Source of the DNA: Nymphaea colorata
Taxonomy: Eukaryota
Direction of reading: 5' to 3'
NCBI RefSeq assembly: GCF_008831285.2
Contig: NC_045138.2
Coordinates: 2,852,001 to 2,916,000, forward strand
Length of the DNA: 64,000 bases
Shown here: piece after piece, positions 42,995 to 64,000 of the stretch
Position numbering within the stretch: the stretch's first letter is position 1
Layout of the letters: the number at the start of each line of letters is the position of its first letter
Notes under the pieces: generated by a model
The model's database searches: none
The model's input: only the letters and a program-made list of their open reading frames with translations
What the model was told of the DNA's origin: nothing
Program-made: the position numbers and the translations under genes

Positions 42995-43240
42995 TAAGCC
43001 TGGGTACCCGGCCGGGCCGTCGCCGAGTAAAATATTTTTTATTATTTTTTAAACTTAATAATGTATATTTTATAATTAAAATATATTTTATATTATTAAA
43101 AATAATTTTTTATTATCAAACGGGTCGGGACGGGCCAGACCCGGGCTATCAGTCTGGGCCCGGGCCCGGGCCCGACGGGCCGTCCCGAGTCGGGTCTTAC
43201 CGGGTTGGGTTGGCCTGGCCTGGCCCGATGCCCACCCCTA
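42995..43240. mobile_element. hAT-type MITE
   Basis: Perfect 8-bp TSD GGTGAAAT (42987-42994 and 43241-43248); ends TAAGCCTGGGTA / TGCCCACCCCTA. Confidence 0.9.
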
Positions 43241-45938
43241 GGTGAAATCTTTGTTGTTTAGACTCCTCAAGGAGCATAACATAGCTGGTCGGAGTAGGAG
43301 TTGTATAAACTGCACCTTGTTGTTTTGATTCCCATGGATTTTGATTCCCATGGATGCTACAATCCTAAACCGTTAAAAGGTGGGTTGCACTCCATAGCAG
43401 TCTGCTTCCCACCCAAGCCTCAATGCAGATTAAGTCTTCAGAAGCAGGAGGAATATGGTGAGGGCCTTGTTTGAAAGGTGGATAACTCCGACAAGAGCGA
43501 AGCCATAATTTTTTTTAGGGGCGGGCCAAACAGTTCGCAGGTCGGGCCAAGAGGAGTGACATTGGGCCAAGAGGAGCGACAGGTCGAGCCAAACTAAAAA
43601 AATTTGATTTTTTCAATATAAAAAAAAAATCCTACACTCACCCGAGCCATGGCCTAGGCCCCCCTCCTCCACTGAATCCCGGTCATATGGAAACCCTCAT
43701 TTAGACTCTTAAATATTTATAATAGGATACTTAGTAGTTATTTTCTTCATTTATATGTTTACATCCCCTAAAAATCTAAAACTTGAGTACTTCTACCCTT
43801 CAGCTAGAAATTTGTGGCTTTGCTCCTAATTTGAAGGTAGAATTTGGTGTGCTTCAATGCTAGTTGATGTCAATGAAAAAATGAATAGCTTTTGTTGTTT
43901 GGCATGCGTAATTTATTTTTTAGAATTATGCTTCAAGTTGAACCTTAGATCTTGAATTTAAAACCAAACTCGGTCTCTCTTAGGAATCACAAGTCAGATT
44001 TTTTCTTTTGACAAGTAAATGGAAGGAGTAAAAAATGAAAGATCTCTCTACCCCACTTAAGATATTTAATTTCATGAATCTTGGCCTTTTGAATTTTTTC
44101 GCCATATGCATAATTCGAAGATCAGAGGTAATCAATAGAAGGTGGAGTGTCTTGTGTATATTGCTTAATGGTCGCTCCGGATTTTTTGCATGAAAATGAG
44201 CATAAGATTTGCCAGTTGATGAGAAAGTGGCTGCCCATTTTCCAATCGAAAGTAGGAAATGTCCCAAGTCAATGAGAAAAGTACATTTTATCTTATCACT
44301 GAAAGTGATCGACATCTATCGAGAAGATTAACCTTCTACGCTTCTTCCGGTCGTAGTAGTCTACAACGTCCAGTGGAGGAGAAAATCAGTACTCGTCATT
44401 TTCGTGTTCGACTCCATGGGAAAATTATTCCTTATGAAAATTGATCAGGTGTTGTTTTCTTCGTCAAGTAGGCCCAAAAGTTGACCAACTAAACAGAAAT
44501 CGTCCATATTTTTCTCTAACAAATATCGTCTTTCCAAAAGCCTCTATAAAAACATGACAAGGCAAAAAAGGGCATTAGGCAGAGAGAAAATATTCTGTGG
44601 TTCTTTTCTGATAGGTTTGTTGCATAAAATCTCTCGTGTGTGTTTGTCAAATGACTGTTGGTGATCACATAAATGGACTTTATTGATGCGATACACAGTT
44701 CTTGGGGCAAGCCATTGGATTCCTTCTGCCTTTATGTGTTTTACTAGTAACTAGATGGATATTTTAGTAATTTTACAAGGCAAATATTTCTAAATTCTGT
44801 TTTGCCTTTATAAGGAGAGAAGTCTTTCATTTAACTACCAAAGACGTTTTGGTTATTTTTAAACCATACCATGTACACCATCCCTTATTAAGGGCCATAA
44901 CATATAACATGCTGCATGTAATAAAATTTTGAATAAATAGTGGAACCCTAAGATCCTTAATTTCAAATGCTTACATGTTATTAAAGCATTGGAACTTTTT
45001 TGGAAGTCCTAATGCTTTTTGAAGTAAACTTTTAAATTTTAAATTAGACCTCTTAGGAAAAAATTTTCCCGATTCCGCACTGTTGTATGCCCTCACTGAT
45101 CCGGTCCCACTTATCACCAGAGACTTCTTCTGCCGTACAAGAGTGGAAAAAGCAAATGAAAAGGTGAAAGAAAAGATAAACCCCTTTTCAAAGCCAAGTA
45201 AAGTTAGCAATGAATGGTCGGGCCTCGCGGCCCCAGCATCGACTGAGCTCTATGAATGGGACCCAAACATTTTTACGGGCTTCGGCAAAGGACAGACACT
45301 TTTCTTTTTCCAGCTTTACTGATTCATTAATGCAAAAAATAATCATTTTTTATATTCAAAAGAAAATAAAAACTATTTTTTCCAGGTAGGTCCTTCAGCT
45401 CTTACTTTCGAAAGATGTCTTATAATATATATTTTTTGTCACAGTTTCTAAAACCAAGTGGGTCAGCGAATCAATTGAGCATGCGCATATATCACGTGTG
45501 CAAACTTGTTCTTACAAAAAAAGATATAAAAAAGAGCATATGCCCAAACTTATATATATAAGGTTTTTGAGTTTAAAAAACTGCCCGTATGCCCATATAT
45601 TTTATTGGAGAGGGTTATTTTCAAGATCATTGAGTTTGCAGTCGATGGTAAGTCTGAGTACGAGAGGCCGTGTTATGATTATTAAACGTTATTAATATTC
45701 TGCTCATGAATTAGTTAATAAGCCCCTAATTCACGTCAGTATTAATGGCTTGACGGGCTTCTGCTAGGTACTGAAAAACCTTTACGATGGAGAAAGTTGC
45801 GTGCAATGGACAGGAGAACTCTACCAATCATGCAAAAGCTTCACAGGTACACTTTTTCTCTTACTGTTTAATTTCACCAATACAATATTTTTCATATATA
45901 TATATATATATATATAAGACTTTGTTCACCAATTACTT

Positions 45939-45994
<56 letters not shown>

Positions 45995-46067
45995 ACTTTG
46001 TTCACCAATTACTTCACAGGTACACTTTTTCTCTTACTGTTTTAGTTTCACCGATACAATATTTTTC

Positions 46068-46104
<37 letters not shown>

Positions 46105-47477
46105 GATAAATGCACTGTCTAACTTGGATTTTATAAGCTAAGAAAGTAAAATGGTTAGTCTTAAATTTCCTATGATTTAAAAAAATCGATTTATCCACCA
46201 GATATTCCAGATTTTGCTGTCCGTCTAAAGACGAACACCCTGTTTATGTGTCTGACCTCCGAAGGACAGGCCAACATTAGGTTGATGTCATTTTTTTCTT
46301 TTTCGTTTCGCTTTTATATATATATATATATATATAAAGAGATTCAAATATGTTCGATACCAGTTTATGATACAAGATAGTTTATTATGTTTTTAACCAT
46401 AAGGACACTGGTGACAATTTATGTTGTAGCGATGGTTTATATTTCTTTTAGCTGGGGCCGCTAATTTCAATTCTCATATATGCAAATGATAATTCAATCT
46501 CCTGGCAAACACTTGATCTCTTCTACACGGAGCTCTTTGTTGGCATATAAGAAAAGATAAAATATCAAGAGCGAAAGGAGACGAACGTCACATTCTTTTA
46601 ACAAGTAGGTCCTCTTTCGTTTTAAGAGATGAGTAGCTTCATGATTTCTTTGGCATGAACACAGACGCAGATGGATCAGGCCCGAATTTGTTGTAACCTT
46701 TAACTACTCGGCCCGGTAGGGCCCTGGCTCGGGCCAACAAAACGGGCTATCTAGTTGGGTCCGGTTGTGCGGCTTGGGTATACACTTGGCCCGGCTCGAT
46801 CCGGCCTGTTAATAATTTATAAAAAATAATTTTTATTATTTTTTAAACTTAATAATGTGTATTTTATAATTCAAATATATTTCATATTATTAAAAAAATT
46901 ATTTTATAGTTAAAAATAATTTTTTATTATCAAACGGGCCGACGGGCCCGAGCCCGGGCTTCGGGCCCAACGGGCCGTACCGGCCCGGCCCGATGCCCAC
47001 CCCTACCATTAACCGAACTTTTTGGATACAGATTATTTGGGTCTCAAGACGAAAAATTCGTGAACATACAATATTTAAATCGAATCTTATAAGCTAAGAA
47101 AACAAAGATGGAAAGATGGTAAATTATCTGAATGTTGATTGCAAAAATTTGATTTGGACATCAGATCTTCTTCAACATTGTACTGTCAATTAAAGGACGA
47201 ACACACTGCCCTGTTCATCTGTTGGAATCCCTAACAATAACTATTTTGTGGTGTGGCTTTTTTTCTCTCATTCTTTTAATTTGTGTCTTAAAGAAACTTT
47301 TTTTAATCATGTCGATTCTTTTTTCAATCAGGAATATTTTAGTTTCGGACCCTCTAACACTTTATATAACTATATTATAATGTATTACTATATAATATAA
47401 AAAGTATCATAATATTATATATGTTATAACGACATATTTACATATATATATAATATGTAAACTTATGACATTGTATA

Positions 47478-47915
47478 TAGGGATGTCAACGGATCAGATT
47501 CGAATCGGATATATCCTTAATCATGTCTCCTATGCACATATTCGGATTCAAATTCAGATTCTAATTCGAATAAAGAAAGTCATATCCGAATCCGCAATCC
47601 AATTTTACAATTCGAATCCAATTTTTATATTTATATCTGAATCTGAATTCAAATTTTGATCCAGATTTTACCAATGTTCAAAATTTAATAGCATTAAATA
47701 CTACATATTTGTCTAAAAATAAATCTGATTCGAATTTGTGTCCAAACTCGATCAGATATTTATGTATATCCGAATCTGAACTTGAATGGATGTCATTTAT
47801 TAAATCTGAATCCAATCTGATTTCTTAATCGGGTATTAAATTTTTTTTATATCCAATTTTTTTCTGATCTGATCGGTCGGATATCTGATTCAAATCAGAT
47901 GTATTGACATCCATA
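47478..47915. mobile_element. hAT-type MITE (TAGGGATGTCAA family)
   Basis: TIRs TAGGGATGTCAA / TTGACATCCATA; TSD ATTGTATA / ACTGTATA; homologous to 13661-14090. Confidence 0.85.
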
Positions 47916-48066
47916 ACTGTATATACTATTATAATATGTATATTAACGTTTACATGTATGTAATATAATAAAAAATATTGTAATAATAATGTAATATATG
48001 TATATACACATTATAATATATATAGATTATATATATTATATTATATATGTGTATATATGTATTTCA

Positions 48067-48097
<31 letters not shown>

Positions 48098-49054
48098 TTT
48101 TTGTTATATATAATTTTTGCCTTATGACTGAAAACAAGCATCTGCTATTCGGATCCAAAAATGTAATAGAGAAAGTGGGAGAGAGAGAGAGAGAGAGATT
48201 TTTTTATGTGTGTGTGTTGGAAGAAAAAAAGACCCATTAATTAAAACCATTGTGAGTAAATTGGATGTCTCAAGAATCTTTAAAGAAGCGTTTTTAGAAA
48301 AAGAAGTATCAAACACCAAGTTCAAAGAAAAAAAGGAAGTGCTTATAACATGACGAAAGGTGAGCAGTGTGGTATGAGGTTAGTGATCTCTTTTTGTCTC
48401 TATAGGCAGACAAGGGAAACTAGACCGATCTTTTAAGAGACAGAATCTACTATTGAATTGAATAAGTGGCAATCCAGTTCTATTCTGCTACATCCAATTA
48501 AAGAGTGCCATCTCTTGGTTTTTAAATTTATTTTTAATATTTTGAAAAACTTCTTATTTTCAATTATTGTCTGTATTTTTTATTATTTTCGATTGATTTT
48601 CAACCAACTCAGCCGAATGGTGAATCAGCTTGGCTTTGGCAACCTCTTAGCCAAGCTGGATGAAACTCATGTTCCACATTCCTCCATTTAGTTTCGTACA
48701 GAAATGAGAATGATTGATGCGATGGTTTTGGTCCGGATTTTCTCTAACCCTTATCCAAACCTAACTAGGTACAGACTATTCTTTGCTCTGAAACAATCCA
48801 GATATTGGGCAATGAGTTGCAGTACTGAGCTCAGATCCAAATTAATGAGATCTTTTTTGTATGTTTGAATGTTGATTTGACTGAGCAGACGTATTCTAAA
48901 AAATAATAATAATAATAATTAATTAATCACGTACAAATTGCTCTCTTAAAATCTAATAGAAATTTGAATCGGATTCTATTAGATGCCAGATCCAAACCCA
49001 AATTGTTGCGAGACTAAAGGAATAACTAACTATTTCCTCATTCTTTTTTTTCAG

Positions 49055-59134
<10,080 letters not shown>

Positions 59135-60547
59135 TAGTCGATTGTGATTGGACTTGTAATAAGTTCTTGCAAAAATTATTACATTTTAAGAGTTCTCCAG
59201 TCAAGGAGCTTCCTCCACATTCTTTATGACCATACTTGCATAAGATGGTGGACTTAACAGTCCATTGTGATTGCACTTGGAATAAGTTCTTGCAAGAATT
59301 ATTACATTTTAAGAGTTCTCCAGTGGCATATCCCTCCCAAAGGACACATTATCTCTTTTGTGTAAAATTTTAAGTATTTTGAATAAATGGCTCACGGTTT
59401 TATTCATGAGAAATGTCTCATCATGCAGAAATCCTTAGTTGAAAGTTGAAACTCATATTCTAAGGTTCTAGTTCCTCAAACCAAATGGATGGGATTTTCT
59501 TTTTCAATAATCTAGGAGTTAGAATAACAATAAAACATATTACCTCCATTGTGTAATTGGATTCTAAGGTAGTTGTAGTAGGAAGAGTTTTAACTTTTGG
59601 CTCTTCTAAATTTTAATTTAGGTTACAAAAACCATGATTTTTGAAGTAGGTCTTTGTCTTGGCAATAAAGAGCCAATAACTATGAAGTGCATCTTGAATT
59701 AAATATAGGAACTGCATTTTGTGGTTAGTTTTTACAAAAAATGGACATAAAAATATTAAATCTTGGCAATTTCTGTCAATGCAGGTAGACAATTGATAAA
59801 TGCTTGGACTAACAAAAATGCAAGAATCATTTCTCAAAATTATGCAAGGAAACTAATTTCTAGGACAGGCCATAGGGATCATTTCCAGTAAGCCTTTAAC
59901 TAAAACCATAAAAAAAAATTAACATTCTCCTATGCTTTCCCAATTAATTTAATTGTAGGGTTTTATCTAGATAAGGTTAAATTTGTCTTTCAGATCAAGT
60001 TATTCTTTGAGTTAAATTTGTCAACTGAACTTTTTTTCTTTGAACCAAATGATAACACTACCATTAAAAAATTAAGCAAAATAATTAATTGATAGAATGA
60101 CGTATACTTATTGTTTAAATGACTCTTTTGCCAAGTAGCTGACTATCGTACTTTGCTAACCATAATTCAATTCAAAAAGGCAGTCTTGTCTTGGAAGGCA
60201 GACCATCTTACATTTGTGTATATTAAGGCCAATAGAGTTAATCATGTATTAATATTGTTAGGTAAAGCTAAATGGGGAAACCCAAATTAATAAACATGAA
60301 CTTTCTCATTATGGAGACTAGTTAGTATTTTTATTACATTAACCAACCTTGAGTTAGTAACAACCTATGGTTAATTACTAAAAGGCTAAATTTTATTAAT
60401 GGTGCAATTTATGAGTGTCATTTGAGGGTCATTTCTTGGTATCAAATCTTTGGGCGCCTCAAGTTTTTTTATTCTTATCTCCTTAGTAAATTTCACTAAA
60501 TAAAATTAAAAAAAAACAAGAGATTGGCTAAAAGGTAAATTATTAGT

Positions 60548-60828
60548 TGTCAGAAATTAGTTGTAAATTTAGTTGTAAATCAGTTAAATAAGACTGTAAA
60601 ACATGCTGCTAAGATCCAAAGAGTACAATAGTATAATATAATTATGAAGAATCTATGTTAATCTTTCACATTGTTAATCTACAAAGAGTTATTCATTAGC
60701 TAGCTCCTTCGTGGACAAACTCACATTTGACCAATAGAACTCCAATAGAATAAAATACAAAAATAAAAATAAGATAATACAAAAAAAAAATACAAAGGAC
60801 CTATATACAAGCATACATGAAAGTCTCA

Positions 60829-60870
<42 letters not shown>

Positions 60871-63288
60871 GTATCTGTGTGTGTGTTTGTAAATACAACC
60901 ATACATGCATTTACACATAAACATGTACATTGAATACATACAAGTATTTATTTATAGTAATTCTATCAGACCGCACCCCCACCCCACCAAAAAGAAGAAA
61001 AAACTTATGGTTTAATCACTTAAAGTTTGTTCAAAAGAAAATCTGATCTAGGACAATACAATGCTTTTGTGAAAAACTTATTAGGAACGACCAAACAAGG
61101 CCCTCTCTCTCTCCCACTCACTCACAACATCAAGAGAAGAAATGAAGAAAACAAATAATTTTTGTGTCATTTAGAGACAAAGTTCTCCTACATCCATGAT
61201 TTTATCTCAAAAGTTTTTTTTTATCTCAAAAAGATCAAAAATCCAAGAAAAACAACTGCCCCCTCTTAAACATGAGGATTAACGTAAAATTGTTAAAAAT
61301 ACACAAATAAATAAATGCCCCTACAAAATTTTTACCTTGAGGGCTCCCACCATATGAAATTTTGAGGCTAGATATGGTAACTCAACTATTTTCTTTAAGA
61401 ATTCATCACACACAAAGTGATAGTCCATTTTGATATGCTTTGTTCACTTATGAAAGGTGTGGTTTCTAACAATGTAGATAAAATTTTTATCATCATGACA
61501 TAACTTGGCTGATGTCTCCATATCATTTTCCATGTCACACAATAACTGAAAAAACCAAACTATTTCTATAGTTGTTGATGTCATTGCTCTATACTCTGCT
61601 TTGATAGAGGATAATGAAACTTTTTGTTGTTTTTTACACTTCTATAAGGATTCACTTAGAAAACCACTAAAACCTGTTGTTGAGTATCTGTCATTGAGAT
61701 CTTCTTCCTAATCAACATCAACATAAGCTATTAAATTCAATGAAAATGAAAATGAAAGAAAAACTCCCTGATTCATTGATCTTTTGATGTGTCTTATTAT
61801 CTTGAACCTTGTTCCCATATGTAATGTTGTTGGAGAATGATGAAATTGACTTACTATGTGAATAACATGTGCAATGTCTGGTCAAGTAATACTGAGATAT
61901 ATCAATTATCCTGCCAATTGTCTATAAGGCATGAGATCATCCAGAGATATTTTATGATGAATCTTCATTTTCGTCCCAACAACCTCTTGAGTTTTAACTA
62001 CATGGTCATTTGTGATATCTGATTTAGCAATAATTTTTACAACAAATTAAATTTAAGACAACAAAGTAGCCTCTAGTTGAGTGGGCAATCTCTATTCCAA
62101 GAAAATATGTAAGAAAATCTAAATCTTCTATTTCAAAAGTTTGTCATAAGAATAGTTTAATTTCTCTTATTTCCTTTCCATCACTTCCTGTAATCAACGT
62201 ATCATCAACATATAATACAAGGATAATAATACCTATAAAAGTGTTCTTAACAATAAGGGATGTATCAGTCAAACAAGATTGAAAACTGCATTAGTCATTA
62301 AAGTGGTCAAGCTATGCCTTTGGTGCTTGCTTCTATTTAATTATTTTTATATATTTTCCTTCAAATTTGAAAAATGTATATACTATTACCTTTTGCAGAT
62401 TCATAGCTGATTCAGATGAATTGCTGAATTGGCCAATTCAATGGAAATTGGCAGCCTGCCCAATTTGACTCTTTCTGACTTTTACAACACTGGATAAACC
62501 AAAGATCTAGTGTGGCCATAGTGAGATCTGTCAATAGGTCTCAGCTGCAAGCTAGTAACATGCCACTAGGTGTGCACTTTATGCACTTGTAAAATGTGTT
62601 AAACAGCATTCTTCTTAAGGTTTATCGAAGAGAAATCATAGACACGTTATAGAAACAACTAGCATTCTTCTTATTTTTAAATGTGCATCAAAAAATTTTG
62701 AGTTGAGGCTGTTAGATGTCCGCTTATCTCATAAAGAAAATGATATAAAAAACTTTATCAAGTACTTCTCCCCTTGAAAAATTGTTTAAATATTAATTAG
62801 GGGCGCTTAGAGATTGTGGATGTACATGTTATGATTTAAATGATAGATTGAGATCTTTTTAATGAATCTGTAAATGTAAGATGAGGTTCTGCATGGACCA
62901 TTTTTGCTGTAAATACACCACACTTTTATTTTTAATAAAGGAAAGAGACCTAGCCCCCAACACAGCCTTTGTCTGGAAATGATAAAGATGACAAACTAAG
63001 TTCAAAAGCTTTTAAATGTGCTTTTGTGGAGTATTCTTAAACACTTGAGGGAACCAGATGTAATGATTCGAAAAATGATAAACTGTCAATCTCAAGAAAT
63101 GTAAGTTTCATTAAAAAAAAACATGGATTCAAAAGAAAGAAAGATTTTCAAGAGGACAAAGTCTATTCCTTTTTGTTTAAATATCTTTCAAAATATTATG
63201 AAGATTCATGTGAGAATGGAGATGAAAATGAAGAAAAGAATAATAACACTGATAATGAAGATAAGATATCTAATAGGCTTATAATATT
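60548..63288. mobile_element. Paralogous decayed copia downstream of GBA2 copy 2: LTR (~60548-60968), RT/RH remnants (61184-62327, -) and an inverted integrase-region fragment (~62690-63288)
   Basis: 60562-60968 resembles the LTR at 8483-9023; 61184-62327 matches 4154-4960; 62690-63288 is the reverse complement of ~5550-6141. Confidence 0.8.
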
Positions 63289-64000
63289 CCTCCTACATTG
63301 ATTGGCGCCAATGTAGATCTAACAGAACGTGATGGTGAGAAGACGGGACAACATGACTAGATAGAGCTTGAGGAAACTGCACCAAACTTGTACTCAAACA
63401 GTCAGTAGATACAGAATTAGAAATAGGATGTAGTGTGCACTGTTACTTGCCCTTGCGAATGGCAATAGGGAGATCTGCTGCAGAATGGTCATCATTTAAA
63501 CCTGAGTCAGTCTTATCAGTGAGGCTTACCTCTTGAGATGATGTTGGTAGATGGCTGAGAGAGGGACCTATTCGACGAGAGTAAACCAACAGAGGATCAA
63601 GGAAACGTTCATGTGACCTAGGTTGAGATGGTGGAAAAGACTCAAGTGACACTGGTGGAATAGGAAGAAGGTAACATCCGTGCTGATAATGTCTTTCTTA
63701 GTTAGGGGATCAAAGCATTTATATCTCTTTTGATTGGCTGAGTAGCCAATAAAGACACATTTGATGGCTTGGGCAGCAAGTTTATTTTTGTTTGGGCCTA
63801 AGATATGTGCAAAGCAAGTGCATCCAAATACTTTGGGAGGTAAATGAAATAATGGATGCCCAAGATATAGAATTTGATTGGAAATACGTTCTTGGATGGA
63901 AGAAGAGGGTAATCTATTAATGAGGTAACATGTCGTAAGAATAACATCACCCCAAAAATAGGCAGGCATGTGAGAATGTAGCATAAGGGTGCGAGCCACA
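63289..64000 (-). mobile_element. Second, less-decayed Ty1/copia fragment (integrase C-terminus/SH3-like region to RT start), continuing beyond the window
   Basis: ARTLMLHSHMPAYFWGDVILTTCYLINRLPSS...KVFGCTCF...KCVFIGYS..QKRYKCFDP, then LPIAIRKGK and HWRQSM*EE at ~63290-63322. Confidence 0.9.

Overview
AT-rich eukaryotic (angiosperm-type) nuclear DNA with spliceosomal introns, microsatellites and many MITEs. There is no prokaryotic content, CRISPR array, rRNA or tRNA. The window is bracketed by two direct (+) copies of a GH116/GBA2-type non-lysosomal glucosylceramidase gene about 55.5 kb apart. Copy 1 shows only its last 5 exons (985-3642); copy 2 has 18 traceable coding exons (49055-59134) in an intact frame, with one GC-AG intron and an unresolved N-terminus. 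Both copies are followed by the same decayed Ty1/copia element, rearranged differently in each. Between them, two decayed loci converge tail-to-tail across a (CT)n(AT)n tract. On + is an R2R3-MYB subgroup-21-like pseudogene containing a near-perfect ~60-bp inverted repeat (candidate nascent small-RNA hairpin). On - is an NCRK-like receptor kinase pseudogene whose C-terminal motif runs in frame into an ERF021/022-like AP2 fragment, and whose kinase exon is split by a three-LTR tandem TRIM with a perfect TSD. Also present: a second TRIM nested in a hAT MITE, Tourist/PIF elements (one with a 79-bp minisatellite), a Harbinger Myb/SANT remnant and two orphan promoter-like islands. Family assignments come from remembered motifs, not database searches.
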